A stretch of 64,000 bases of DNA from a virus. Both the position numbers and the translations under genes were made by a program. The stretch spans positions 4,769 through 68,768 of the IMG/VR virus record IMGVR_UViG_3300032322_001562; one strand, 5' to 3'. Shown piece after piece: positions 29,456 through 39,737 of the stretch (position 1 is its first letter; each line of letters starts with the position of its first letter). The notes beneath the pieces are model-generated. The model was not told the origin of the DNA, did no database searches, and saw only the letters and a program-made list of their open reading frames with translations.

Positions 29456-31752
29456 TAGACAGTCTCCGGTTTCTCTTCTTCAACTCGCCACTCGGTTTCT
29501 CTACCAGTTATATCAACGCCTGGTTCGGTAACAAGCTCGAGCGAAACCTGCTCTGGTAGAGCCGGGTTGTTTGAAAGCTGAACATTTATAGAGGTTATCT
29601 TTCTAAGAAAGACGTTTCTTGTAGTGTCACCGCTATTTTCATAGTAACTAGATAAACGCTCAGCGATAAACGGATCTTGAATGTTTACTATGCACCAGTC
29701 TCCCGGTTTGTAGCTACCCACCTGAGGATTCAAAGTCCCGTTTACCGTTATAGAGAAGGTAGCAACTGGTAGTTGCGCCTCAGAAAGAATTCTTTTTGAC
29801 ACCCTATACAAGTCATCGTTGTAGTACATCTTATCTTTTTTAACTACTTTATCAAAAATTGGCCAACGCCTTCCATCAGAAAGCTCTCCTCTAAGGAAGT
29901 CAAAGTCAGAGAATGCTGCATAAGGAGGCGGAGCATCTACGTCTGTCTTTCCCTGAACAAAGACTCTTGTAGCTCCTTCTTCTAGAGTTTCGTTGAAGTC
30001 GACACTTTCGATATTTCCGGGAAACTCGAATGAGATACCGCGAGCATTTCTTCCATCAACAGAAAAATACTCGATGGATGGCAGCGTGTTTTGCGGGAGT
30101 ACTCCACCAGGAAGGCTGGTTATTGCAGCTGTCAGAGATTCTGGCTTGAGCGGTAAAAACTTAAATTCTTTAGAAAAAGTGTCAGTCATAGAGTCATAAG
30201 AGCAGTCGATTCGGTAGTCAAATCCCAAGACATCTCCAGCGTATTTATCTATAACTTCCTTAAAGGTAAATAGCTCAGCTCCACGTATGGCATCTTGGTA
30301 TGCTCTGGTAGTTATCACGTTTGCATTAGTGCTAAAAGTTATTCCAATATCAGAATTGTCTGTAAACGATCCCGCGGTAAGAGCTTCAACAATCGGAAGT
30401 TTAGTTGCTGTAGCACCAGAAGGAGCTTTACTAAAACGTATGGCAGTTCCGGGTGAGTAGAACTGAAACACCTTTGGATTAGGTCCAGCGCTAGTTCCTA
30501 TCCTTGTAACCAAATACTTTACTTCAGCATCAATTCTATTATCTAGGCCAGCAATCTCCACTATGTCACCTTCGTCAAAGCCGTGGTTCACAGAAGTAGT
30601 AATAGAAACTATGTTGTTTGATCGCTGATAGTGAGTTATCGTGTAATTTGTAGGGCTTGCTATGGTGTTTGCAGTAACATTTGCACCAGTATATGCAAAT
30701 GTAAACGTCTTGTTGTCTGAGCCAACAGAAAGAATTTTAGTTCTAGAAGTGTTGAATCCTGGTAAGTCTCTTACAGCAACTATTTGCCCTGGAATGAAAT
30801 AGTTTTTATCAGTAGTTGTTATTGTTGCTACGTTATTTGAGCGAGAATAGCTGTAAACCTCGTATCTAGTAAACCGGGCGGGAGCTATGTACTCATTTGC
30901 AAAGCTTAAGTCTAGTAAGTCGTCAGAGAAATGACGGGTAAGTAAATTGTTTAAATAGTCGTCAGTCTCCATTCTAAAGCGAACCGAAACTATTTCAGAA
31001 TCAATGTTTCCTATTTCAAGTTTTCTAAAGTTTTTAGCACTAGCTGGTTTGTAAAATCCCGCAAAGTGAAAAAACTTGTAGTCAGTTGTGTCGACACCGT
31101 ACGTAGGATCGTTTAGAACCGTGTATTGCCCAGAATATTGGGCATATGTTCTAACTGGAGTGCTTGGCTTGTCTTTAGAATCAGTGTCAGTTCCTGCTGT
31201 TGTTTGACCTGAATTCTCGTCCGCCTCAGAAATAGGCTCTTCAGCAAAGCTAAACCAAACTTTGCTCTTACCAGCAACCAAGTTAAAGTCTTCGTGAGTG
31301 GCATTTCCAGCTAAAGTCGCTTTTCCAATTATTCTGCTTGAATTTGCGGGGTCGGCAAATATTTCAATATCAACGGCATATTCTGTAGACCAGGTCTTCC
31401 AAACAACTCTTCTGTCTAAGTAGCTTAGGAACTCATCAGCTGAAATATCTAGAATTTTTTCTTTAATGTTGTAAGACCTGGCAGATACGATTCCACCCCA
31501 AACGCATACGCCATTTCTTAAAACATATAGTGAAGTTTTACCAGGCAAAGTGTTTTTGTAAACTTCCTGTACAGAAACATCTTCAGTAATTGGAAAGGAT
31601 CCGTTTAGTGACCCGGCTTCATTTAGTTTGGTAGAAAAATTAACATCTACCAAAGGAAGTTCAGCAATTACATCGTCACTAAGGGTGTCAACAAAGATGT
31701 ATCTATAATCAACGCTTAGCGCGGTGCTGGAGCCCGTAGAGACTGGAGACAT
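29455..31752 (-). CDS. Minor tail (hub/Tal-like) protein
   Basis: AELPL..V.F...LN.AG...RNG..VWGG N-terminus; position after the distal tail gene. Confidence 0.75.
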   Translation of the reverse strand: MSPVSTGSSTALSVDYRYIFVDTLSDDVIAELPLVDVNFSTKLNEAGSLNGSFPITEDVSVQEVYKNTLPGKTSLYVLRNGVCVWGGIVSARSYNIKEKILDISADEFLSYLDRRVVWKTWSTEYAVDIEIFADPANSSRIIGKATLAGNATHEDFNLVAGKSKVWFSFAEEPISEADENSGQTTAGTDTDSKDKPSTPVRTYAQYSGQYTVLNDPTYGVDTTDYKFFHFAGFYKPASAKNFRKLEIGNIDSEIVSVRFRMETDDYLNNLLTRHFSDDLLDLSFANEYIAPARFTRYEVYSYSRSNNVATITTTDKNYFIPGQIVAVRDLPGFNTSRTKILSVGSDNKTFTFAYTGANVTANTIASPTNYTITHYQRSNNIVSITTSVNHGFDEGDIVEIAGLDNRIDAEVKYLVTRIGTSAGPNPKVFQFYSPGTAIRFSKAPSGATATKLPIVEALTAGSFTDNSDIGITFSTNANVITTRAYQDAIRGAELFTFKEVIDKYAGDVLGFDYRIDCSYDSMTDTFSKEFKFLPLKPESLTAAITSLPGGVLPQNTLPSIEYFSVDGRNARGISFEFPGNIESVDFNETLEEGATRVFVQGKTDVDAPPPYAAFSDFDFLRGELSDGRRWPIFDKVVKKDKMYYNDDLYRVSKRILSEAQLPVATFSITVNGTLNPQVGSYKPGDWCIVNIQDPFIAERLSSYYENSGDTTRNVFLRKITSINVQLSNNPALPEQVSLELVTEPGVDITGRETEWRVEEEKPETV

Positions 31753-31788
31753 CTATATCCTTCAATTCGTCATTACTAGAATTTTACA

Positions 31789-32730
31789 CTAACCAATCCA
31801 GCCTGATCGGTAGTAAATCTTACAAGACTGCGACGATCCGCCTGTGGTGCTGAACTGAATTAAGTTGGTGCCTGGATATAGTTGGATCCAGTCAACATAA
31901 GAGTTAATGTCTCCTCTTGAAGAGGTTATAAATGCTCCGGTTGTTGCGTCAACTCTAATTACCGATCGGTTATAGGTGTCAATCTCAGTCTTATATGAAG
32001 AGCTTGACTTAGTTATACCACCGATGGTGTCTGTCCGAGTTTGCCCAGCTAGATTGGTATAGGTATTAGTTATCTGGCCGCCTGTTATAGTTCCAGAAAG
32101 CTCGAAAATAATCGGTGTTCTGGTATTACCAGCATTTGTTAGTGTCACCGATCCACCACTAGACAAAGTGCTATCTCTATAATCAGCAGATAGGTATTCA
32201 TACTTAATTGGGTCCGGAGCTTTTAGTCCAATAGAGAAGTCGTGGCGACCCCTGGCTTTAACTGATGTAATCTCTGGACGCCCACTGAGTCTAACAAAAG
32301 AGCTCTTAGGAGTAGATTCGTCGACTACTAATTTGGCCCCAACGTAGACCAGGTTGATTGCATTAATTAGGGTAGCCCTAGCAACTTCTACTTGACTTGG
32401 TGACTGGGTTAAAAAGGAACCATTTAAAGTTATTAGTCTTGAAGCGTATCTACCAACAGCATCGTACGAACCATCGCCCCAACCTCTTGTCAAATCTGGG
32501 AACTCTGGCTCAGGGATGGTCCACCAACCTTCTAAATCAGTGCACACCCAAACAACGTCATTGTTGTCTATTGTGTTTAGGGTTAGATTGCCTAGAGAGA
32601 TGTCAGCATCTAGCTTGAGACCTGACAAATATGGGATTGGCAAGGCCGACAGTGCCTTATTGACAATTCTATTTTCTTCTTTTTGTAAGTCTTGTGGAAG
32701 ATTAGTTGTTGGTTCGTAGTAGTTAGACAT
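31789..32730 (-). CDS. Distal tail (Dit-like) protein
   Basis: EGWW, APDP.KY, L.PG.N, terminal RSGW; follows the tape measure gene. Confidence 0.75.
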   Translation of the reverse strand: MSNYYEPTTNLPQDLQKEENRIVNKALSALPIPYLSGLKLDADISLGNLTLNTIDNNDVVWVCTDLEGWWTIPEPEFPDLTRGWGDGSYDAVGRYASRLITLNGSFLTQSPSQVEVARATLINAINLVYVGAKLVVDESTPKSSFVRLSGRPEITSVKARGRHDFSIGLKAPDPIKYEYLSADYRDSTLSSGGSVTLTNAGNTRTPIIFELSGTITGGQITNTYTNLAGQTRTDTIGGITKSSSSYKTEIDTYNRSVIRVDATTGAFITSSRGDINSYVDWIQLYPGTNLIQFSTTGGSSQSCKIYYRSGWIG

Positions 32731-35345
32731 TAGATTCTTCCTTTTCTAATCTCGGATGCAATACGTCTAGACACCATTTCTGCTAGCTCTCTTTCATCCA
32801 TACCAGCAGACGGGTATACGTTGATGTTCATACCATTGCCTGATAGCTCAGCGATAAGTGCTCTATCCCTTCGAGATAAGCCACTTGGATCTAAAGGCTC
32901 TACACGCTCCGGCCTTCCAGCTTCTGCAATTTGTGCAAGCGTTCCACCAGTAGAAGGCATCACGATACCGCCGTCTGCAAGTCTAGGAATTCTGTATGCG
33001 GCTATAGGAGGAAGATTAAAGCCTACGTTAGTTGGAAGATTGAAGCCCAGTAAAGCAGCTCCATCCCTAACCCATTGAGGAATTTCAATTTTTATATTAT
33101 TTATAGCAGCTAAAATTCCTGTATTGATTCCAGTAATTAGGTTATTTATGAACCCTTCCCAGACATCAAGAACAAAGTTTACAATTCCCTTAAATATGTT
33201 CCCTAGATTGGGGCCGATATTGGAGAAGAATCCAATGATTTGGTCCCAGCCCTTACCGATATTTTCTACGGTCTTGTTCCAGGCGTCACCAATAAACTTC
33301 GAGAAGTCTTCCCATATTTGCTTACCCAGCTCAGTTTGAGTAAAGAAAAAAGTAAGAGCGGTGGTAATTAGTCCTATTGCTATACCAAGCGGACCGGTTA
33401 AAAACATTCCAATACGCCCCACTAGACCTAGGAACTGCCCTCCGCTAAGAATGAGCCTAAGGAAAAAGCTTTGAAGATTTCCTATAAATCCTATGAGCCC
33501 ACCAAAATTTCTTAGAGCCTGTATAAGAATGCCTATGATAACCTTTCCAAATAGACGGAAGCTTCCAATTAGGAATGTAATAGCAGAAACTGCTGCAAAA
33601 ATTCTTCCAATAAAGTCTAGGAATCCAATTACTACTTCATTTTGAAGAATATCTCTTATGAACGTAAATGCGTCTCTAAGAATTCCTAGGAAGATGTCGG
33701 CAGCGCCGCTGTCCGTGAGCGCCGCAATTATGTCTCCAAGTGCAACCCCCAGTTCTGCCAAGGTCGGGGCAGAGTCAGCAAGCTCGTTTAGGAAGTTTTG
33801 GAAAGTTTCTATGTTTTCCGGAGCTGCAAGAGTCTCGAATGCTTTTCCAATATTTTCGTTAGTTCCAAGGTCTAGGAAGGCTTTTAAGATTCCACCAAGA
33901 AGCGACAAAACGGGCTTGGCGTTTTCTACAGCACTCTTGAAAAAGTCTTGTAGTGGGGAAGTGCCGCCCTCGGCGCTGTCCCCCAGCGAAGCTAGATTTG
34001 CCGTGGCATCTCTGAAGAATTTGAGCAGTTCTCCACCAGGACTGTCTTCTCCAACGTTAGCACCAATGATGTCGCCGAAAAAGTTGAAAATATTTCCAAT
34101 TATTTGACCAAATAGGTCGGCGCTTTCCATTGCCTTGGTAAAGAACTCTTGTAGAGAACCGTCGCCTTTGGCAGTGTCAATAAAGGTTTTAAAGCTTGCA
34201 ACTGAGTCACTAAGGAACCCAATGAAGCCGTCTGTTAGGGGCTCTGCCTCTACTAAAAGGTCTACTACAACTCCAAAAAGCTCTCCGGCAATTCGACCAA
34301 ACTCTTCAATGTTTGGTCCGGCTAGCTCGAGAAATTCCAAGACCTTGGCAGGACCGCCGCCTCGAGTAAATCCAGCAACAAAGTTATCAATAGCAGTGCC
34401 AAGACTGTTGCCAAACGACTCTAAAGCTGGCTCTAGTCTATTCCCGAATGCCTTTTGAAGAGTTGTAATTCCTCTCTCGAGGCCAGGCAAGAAGCCTCTA
34501 GCAACAGCGTCTCTAAGCTCATCAATTGTGCCTTTTAAACTGACAAGGAATTTTGCAAACTCTTTTTGAGCAGGAGTTAGGTTAGCGTACGGGTCATTTA
34601 CTCCTGCATTAGCGCCTTTTTCTAGCTCTTCAGCAACGTCTTGGTTTCTATCCTTGGCTCTTCTATAGGCCAGCTCTGCTTGCTTTGCTGCAAGCTCTGC
34701 TTCTCGACGCTCTCTAGAGTTGATTGGTAGATCTTGAGCCCTAAGAAGTGCTTCTCTAGCTTTTTCTAGATTTATAGCTGCTTCTTCTTGGGAAAGAGCT
34801 GCTTCTTCTGCCTCAAACTTGAGTTGTTGAAGTTCTTCTCTAGCCTGCCTAACGCTACGCGAATAAGTACTATTTACATCCGTGGCAGCAGAAACTGCTT
34901 GACTTACTCCATTTAGAGCAAAGCCAGCTAAAGCAAAACCAACACGTAACTGTATTGCGGCACTAACAACGCCAAGTAGGCTTGCTGCCGCACCTCCAGC
35001 AGCACCAACCAATGCTCCTAGAGCTCCAATTAGAGCCGAGATGCCACCAATAATTCCAGCAATAGCTGGACCTAGGGTAAAACTTGTTCTAACAAGACGC
35101 CTAAAACCTAGACGCGCTGCTTCAGCATCTGGAACTATGGCTTCTAGTTGATTAGCTAGATTACTAAATACGTTAGAGCCACTTCTGTTAAAGCCCTTTA
35201 GAAAAGCATCTCCAAGAGATTGACCAGCGCGGCTTGCAATTCGGTCGGTGTTCCCGCTTAGGCCACTAAACCCTCGGCGAATGTCATTGGCAACTCCAGT
35301 GGTTATAGCGCGAACAATAATATGCGCTTCGCCGACAACTGCCAA
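32730..35345 (-). CDS. Tape measure protein
   Basis: MAVVGEAHI.V N-terminus, Ala/Gly helical repeats, IPRLADGG...AEAGRPE.V.PL C-terminus. Confidence 0.9.
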   Translation of the reverse strand: MAVVGEAHIIVRAITTGVANDIRRGFSGLSGNTDRIASRAGQSLGDAFLKGFNRSGSNVFSNLANQLEAIVPDAEAARLGFRRLVRTSFTLGPAIAGIIGGISALIGALGALVGAAGGAAASLLGVVSAAIQLRVGFALAGFALNGVSQAVSAATDVNSTYSRSVRQAREELQQLKFEAEEAALSQEEAAINLEKAREALLRAQDLPINSRERREAELAAKQAELAYRRAKDRNQDVAEELEKGANAGVNDPYANLTPAQKEFAKFLVSLKGTIDELRDAVARGFLPGLERGITTLQKAFGNRLEPALESFGNSLGTAIDNFVAGFTRGGGPAKVLEFLELAGPNIEEFGRIAGELFGVVVDLLVEAEPLTDGFIGFLSDSVASFKTFIDTAKGDGSLQEFFTKAMESADLFGQIIGNIFNFFGDIIGANVGEDSPGGELLKFFRDATANLASLGDSAEGGTSPLQDFFKSAVENAKPVLSLLGGILKAFLDLGTNENIGKAFETLAAPENIETFQNFLNELADSAPTLAELGVALGDIIAALTDSGAADIFLGILRDAFTFIRDILQNEVVIGFLDFIGRIFAAVSAITFLIGSFRLFGKVIIGILIQALRNFGGLIGFIGNLQSFFLRLILSGGQFLGLVGRIGMFLTGPLGIAIGLITTALTFFFTQTELGKQIWEDFSKFIGDAWNKTVENIGKGWDQIIGFFSNIGPNLGNIFKGIVNFVLDVWEGFINNLITGINTGILAAINNIKIEIPQWVRDGAALLGFNLPTNVGFNLPPIAAYRIPRLADGGIVMPSTGGTLAQIAEAGRPERVEPLDPSGLSRRDRALIAELSGNGMNINVYPSAGMDERELAEMVSRRIASEIRKGRI

Positions 35346-35357
35346 TTAATTCACCTC

Positions 35358-35771
35358 CTAATTTAATGGTGCATCAAGATCTGGACCAAATGGATTCACT
35401 GACTCTGGATTGAAGTCTGTTGGAGGAATGTAAGGTTTACTTTCTCCAACTGCTCCTAGCCCGTCATCATCGAACCCGTAGTCTGCTGAAGAGCCTTTTG
35501 GCATGTAAGCTCTGCTAGACCTAGATCCAGACATGCCGTACTTGTATATTTGGTTGTACATCAAGTACAGCTGGTTCCTAAGCTTGCTTATCGACTCTGC
35601 CTGTTCAGCGGAGGCGTATTTCGAGTCCTCTTCAAAATAAAAATGAATAACATCAGTCATGTCTGATGCCTCCATTTCTGGCAATCTTAAGTTGTTTGTT
35701 AATGCTTTACCATTAACGTATGGCCAGAGGTCTATTGCCCAGCTAATTAAACCTCTGGCTGCTGATTTGGG
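35358..35771 (-). CDS. Tail assembly chaperone, -1 frameshift extension (gpGT-like)
   Basis: The -1 frame is open from the slippery site C CCA AAT (35771-35765) into the track ORF 35358..35684. Confidence 0.8.
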   Translation of the reverse strand, partial: PKSAARGLISWAIDLWPYVNGKALTNNLRLPEMEASDMTDVIHFYFEEDSKYASAEQAESISKLRNQLYLMYNQIYKYGMSGSRSSRAYMPKGSSADYGFDDDGLGAVGESKPYIPPTDFNPESVNPFGPDLDAPLN

Positions 35772-36082
35772 CGTCCAGTGTACTCCTCAATCAGCCATGC
35801 TACGATTTCTGACAAAGTCTCCATCGTAACAATTCTTTCCTTGTCCAATGTCAAAGCGTTGAATCTATCCAAGCTTTCATCGGTCAAAACTCTTTCAAAA
35901 AAGTCTGTAACAACGTTAGCTGCGACTACAGGGTCATCCGACTGGGATCTGCTAACCATGTCAAGAAGAACTTTTCCTTGAATTTCCGAAACGCACTGAA
36001 ACTCCTCATCGTGGAGCTTGAACTTAATTGCAGCTTTTTCGGACTTATTTCCAGAACCAAAGTCTTTAAAACGATCAGTCAT
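35747..36082 (-). CDS. Tail assembly chaperone (gpG-like)
   Basis: Position before the tape measure gene; ends WL.E.Y.GRP with a slippery heptamer. Confidence 0.82.
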   Translation of the reverse strand: MTDRFKDFGSGNKSEKAAIKFKLHDEEFQCVSEIQGKVLLDMVSRSQSDDPVVAANVVTDFFERVLTDESLDRFNALTLDKERIVTMETLSEIVAWLIEEYTGRPNQQPEV

Positions 36083-36141
36083 TTATATTTACTCTTTCTA
36101 TCATTATTTGGTCATTTGACATTTATATTTTACCCCACAAA

Positions 36142-36648
36142 TTAAACCTTCATCATGAAAAATCTAAGCTGATTAGACAAGTATCTATTTGGCTTTGTTC
36201 CAGGATGTTTGACCATCCTTGTGTATATAACTCTTCTTCCAGAAGTAAATCTAAGAGCTTTAGCTTTTGTCGGTGTAATTATGTGTGGTCTAGTTCCCTC
36301 GTGGTGGATATAGGCATAGTTTTTATTGGAACCTATCCAGAGATACTGCCCATTAGCATTTGCTAGGTGTTTCATATGTATAGACCGTCTTAAAGCGCCG
36401 GTTTTAACTCCAACTTGCCTTTTTGCGGCTGCTACTGCTTTACTTCCCTGTTTTTCCAGGTACTTCCATAGACCACCGGCTGGAGTTTGAAGTTCAGCCC
36501 TAAGAGCGTTTTGATATATCTCTACATTAGATACTGCAAAAGAAAATACAACCCCGCGAGAGCCGCCTCTAGAAGATCTTATTCCCCTAAATGACCTAGA
36601 GTATTTTAAAGCATAGTATCCGGCAATTGAATCCGGAAGGCCATACAT
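36142..36648 (-). CDS. HK97 gp10-like neck/tail-completion protein
   Basis: VGVKTGALRRSI...YA...HEGTRPH.I...V.HPGT.PN.YL. Confidence 0.75.
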   Translation of the reverse strand: MYGLPDSIAGYYALKYSRSFRGIRSSRGGSRGVVFSFAVSNVEIYQNALRAELQTPAGGLWKYLEKQGSKAVAAAKRQVGVKTGALRRSIHMKHLANANGQYLWIGSNKNYAYIHHEGTRPHIITPTKAKALRFTSGRRVIYTRMVKHPGTKPNRYLSNQLRFFMMKV

Positions 36649-36649
36649 T

Positions 36650-37159
36650 TTATGGAACCGCCATTGTTATTTGCATGTTGACACTTTGGAAGCCGCCTTC
36701 TGGAGGTGTTACATCAACTGTTGCAATAACTCCAGGACCAAATCCGGTTTCGTCCCACATGTCAAAAAGTCTTACAGACTCCATTAAAACCCATGCGTCA
36801 ATAGCCGAGCTCTCGGATGCTGCTTGAATTTTTTCGGGGCTAGGAGGCCTACCGTTTTGACCAACGGTAGGTACCTCTCTAGCGATAGAGATTGATAGAA
36901 CTGCACTTCTAGGGACATTACATCTCTGAGGAGTAGAGGCTTCATCTCCAGGAGCTCCAAGGTACATCTGTACGAAGGAAACTACCAATTGCTCGCAATC
37001 AATGGCGGGTTGACCCATTGTCCAGTAACGGCGAGCAGGTAAGTTAACGTTGTAGGATTGAAAAACAGACTCCAACCTATACAAGACGCCATCAAGCATG
37101 TCACGGAGATTTGTTGCATCTTCCGTAACTCCAGATAGATCAATATAAGTGGAGACCAT
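36650..37159 (-). CDS. Putative tail terminator
   Basis: Position; DC.QL.V and P.GG motifs of this actinophage family. Confidence 0.55.
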   Translation of the reverse strand: MVSTYIDLSGVTEDATNLRDMLDGVLYRLESVFQSYNVNLPARRYWTMGQPAIDCEQLVVSFVQMYLGAPGDEASTPQRCNVPRSAVLSISIAREVPTVGQNGRPPSPEKIQAASESSAIDAWVLMESVRLFDMWDETGFGPGVIATVDVTPPEGGFQSVNMQITMAVP

Positions 37160-37163
37160 TTAA

Positions 37164-37385
37164 TTACTCTGCTTTCGGCTCAGCCATTGGTGCTGGCTCT
37201 GCAACAGCTACTGGCTCAGCTACAGGAGCTGGCTCAGCAACAACTACAGGCTCGGCAACAACTACAGGCTCAGGAGCAGGAGTTGATGCAGGAGCAGCGA
37301 CCTTTGGTGCAGGCTTTACAACAGGCTTAGACTTTACTCCGCCAGGCATGTCAGCGGCTGTAAAGTTAGTCATAATGTTGGCCAT
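37164..37385 (-). CDS. Small Pro/Ala/Val-rich protein
   Basis: (V/A)AEP repeats; GAAGGA SD. Confidence 0.6.
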   Translation of the reverse strand: MANIMTNFTAADMPGGVKSKPVVKPAPKVAAPASTPAPEPVVVAEPVVVAEPAPVAEPVAVAEPAPMAEPKAE

Positions 37386-37400
37386 TTTTCCTTCTTTCTA

Positions 37401-38507
37401 CTATGAGTACATCACTACTTGGAGATTTCCAGCAGCAATATAAGTTAGTGACCCATCGCTATCGTCTACAGCCCATAGGGTCCATGTTCCTGGATCTACT
37501 AATCCTAACGCAGACATTGCCCTCTCATAAGGAACGTCGAAACTCAGGGTTTCGTTGACACTGTCTAGTGTTATATAGCTAGAGTCCAAGTTTACTGAAG
37601 TGGTTCCACTGTAGTTGTAGAGTGTAACTAGTGGTGTATATCCGCTTGCAGGGAAGAAGTTGCTAAGGTCAGCATCAGTGCCAGCCGAGCTCCAGGTAGA
37701 TGTTGCAGTTTTCACAACAGTAATATCGTAATCTGCGTCAGCAGCCAGTACTGGCGATTTCGGAGTGTAGCGACGTGCCCTTGGGGTATCTACAGAGAAC
37801 ACCTTAGACTTGCGGCGAGCATTGTCTGGGTTAACTGTCTTTAAGAACAGATCAATCTCGTAAAGACCCGTGCGGAGCTCGTCAATGAACTCTTGGTTGT
37901 CAAGAATTGTGTAAGAGACGCCTTGGCGAGAAACTGAAGTTACACGCTGAGGAAGCTCGCACATCTCATCGCCTGACCACAGACGAGCAAACTCAATTGC
38001 TAGCTTTCTAGCTGCCATTTTTCCTGCTACAGGCACAGGGATGCCATAAGAATAAGTAATTTCTACGTTACATGGAGTCCAAGGAGTTCCAACACGCACA
38101 TGAATTGTTGAGTGATCTACTAGATAGTAGCTGGATGGGTCTAGTACGGTTCCAGTTTTGTTTCTTATAGCGTGGATTTTTGTGACTGGTCGTCCGCGGA
38201 GTCTAATTCTTGCGTCGGGGGAAAGACCGTCAGCAACCAGCTCAGAATATTCGTCATAGTCTCCGGACGGAATGTTATATACATCACCACCGAATAGTAC
38301 AGGGCTATTGGTGCGATCAGAAGGACCCATCCGATTGTTTCGGAGAGTACAGGTATAACGCTCGGTGACAGTTGTGACTCCTGTGTATTTACGGCCAGAC
38401 ATAGCCCAAAGCAAGTTAGAGGCTACCTGTACGGCTTCTTCAGAATACTCCGTGTACGAGTAATCTCCAAGCTCATCGGCTTGAATCCACAAATTAGAGT
38501 TAGTCAT
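37401..38507 (-). CDS. Head-to-tail adaptor
   Basis: AS..LWA.SGR.Y, C.LP.RVTS.SRQGVS, TGL.E.DL. Confidence 0.75.
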   Translation of the reverse strand: MTNSNLWIQADELGDYSYTEYSEEAVQVASNLLWAMSGRKYTGVTTVTERYTCTLRNNRMGPSDRTNSPVLFGGDVYNIPSGDYDEYSELVADGLSPDARIRLRGRPVTKIHAIRNKTGTVLDPSSYYLVDHSTIHVRVGTPWTPCNVEITYSYGIPVPVAGKMAARKLAIEFARLWSGDEMCELPQRVTSVSRQGVSYTILDNQEFIDELRTGLYEIDLFLKTVNPDNARRKSKVFSVDTPRARRYTPKSPVLAADADYDITVVKTATSTWSSAGTDADLSNFFPASGYTPLVTLYNYSGTTSVNLDSSYITLDSVNETLSFDVPYERAMSALGLVDPGTWTLWAVDDSDGSLTYIAAGNLQVVMYS

Positions 38508-38527
38508 TTTGCCTCTCTATAATTTTA

Positions 38528-38569
38528 ACGGGTGGCAGCTCAAGCGAATTTGCTCAAGCGGCCACCCGT
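38528..38569 (-). terminator. Hairpin after the major tail gene
   Basis: ACGGGTGGC...GCCACCCGT inverted repeat. Confidence 0.6.
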
Positions 38570-38584
38570 AAAACTGCCTACAGC

Positions 38585-39715
38585 TTAGCTAGCTGTTGGG
38601 TTCTCGTTTGCCTGAATGATAAAGTCAATATCGTTGTCGGCATTGTAGTTTACGTTTCCTGGAACATTGTAAGCCGTGTCGGGGCTAGTTACGCTCAGGT
38701 TGGTAACTGGAATTGGGCTTGGGTAGGTCTCAGTTACAGAGTTAGCTACCGTCACACGAGCCGAAGACCCGACGTTAAACGAAGTAATATCGGCGGTGAC
38801 AGCCGAGTTAGTGTAGCTAATGGTGTTTGTAGTAACCGAAGCAACCGTCCATGTACCATCAAACAAAGTACCGATATTCTGTACATAAACCGTGTCGCTT
38901 GTAGCGATGTTGTGGGCAGCGCTGAAGGTAAGAGTTGCACGAGTGTTAGCAAGAGTAGCAGTTGCGCTGTTAACGGTAACAGTTGAGCGGCTCGACAGAG
39001 GAGCAGTTGGCGAGGTAAAGATTACCTGGTCAGTGCTGTTGTCGGTCCAAGTGTAGAATCCGTTGAGTCCGGATGGAGCCCAGCTTGCACGTGCATAAGA
39101 ATATGGACGCTCTGCAGCAACTGGGAACTCCCAGCGGCCATCGATACCTGACTGGAAGTTAGGGTTTCCTAGACCATAGCCTTCGAAGGTGTTAGCAAGT
39201 AGACCGTTTTCAATAACGCGGTCACCGGACTGACGCATCTTTACAAATGGGAAGATCCAGTGGAAGTAAGGAAGAACCGCAGACTTCTTACCATTCTTAA
39301 CTGCGTGTGACCATACTTCAATGGCAACACCGTTACCAGCAGGGTCATCGCCAACTCCAGGAGCAGCCCAACCGATTGACTTGTTGTTTGGGTCGGATGA
39401 GGTTCCTAGGTTCTTGCGAAGAAGAAGACCACCGGAGAGCAGCTGAGATAGCTCTGGGTCTGGCTCACAAATAGCAAGCTCCATGGTGATTCTCTTTAGT
39501 GTGTCGGGAGCCTTGTAAGTGACGCAAACGACACCATTAGCGCCCTTCTCTGTGATTTCGTCGCCCTCTTCGTATTCAGGGGTGAACGAAAGTCGCATGA
39601 AGGCGGAAGTGGTGTAGCTGTCAGCGCTTCCCGTTAGTAGATTTCCAGCAGCATCTAGGCGGGTGACACGGATCGACACACCCTGAATGCTGGCTGCATA
39701 TTCTTGAGTAGCCAT
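38585..39715 (-). CDS. Major tail protein with C-terminal accessory beta-domain
   Basis: RVTRLD..G, EEGDEI..K.ANG..C, A.EVW; position in the morphogenesis operon. Confidence 0.8.
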   Translation of the reverse strand: MATQEYAASIQGVSIRVTRLDAAGNLLTGSADSYTTSAFMRLSFTPEYEEGDEITEKGANGVVCVTYKAPDTLKRITMELAICEPDPELSQLLSGGLLLRKNLGTSSDPNNKSIGWAAPGVGDDPAGNGVAIEVWSHAVKNGKKSAVLPYFHWIFPFVKMRQSGDRVIENGLLANTFEGYGLGNPNFQSGIDGRWEFPVAAERPYSYARASWAPSGLNGFYTWTDNSTDQVIFTSPTAPLSSRSTVTVNSATATLANTRATLTFSAAHNIATSDTVYVQNIGTLFDGTWTVASVTTNTISYTNSAVTADITSFNVGSSARVTVANSVTETYPSPIPVTNLSVTSPDTAYNVPGNVNYNADNDIDFIIQANENPTAS

Positions 39716-39737
39716 CTAGCTATTCTCCTTATGTTTG

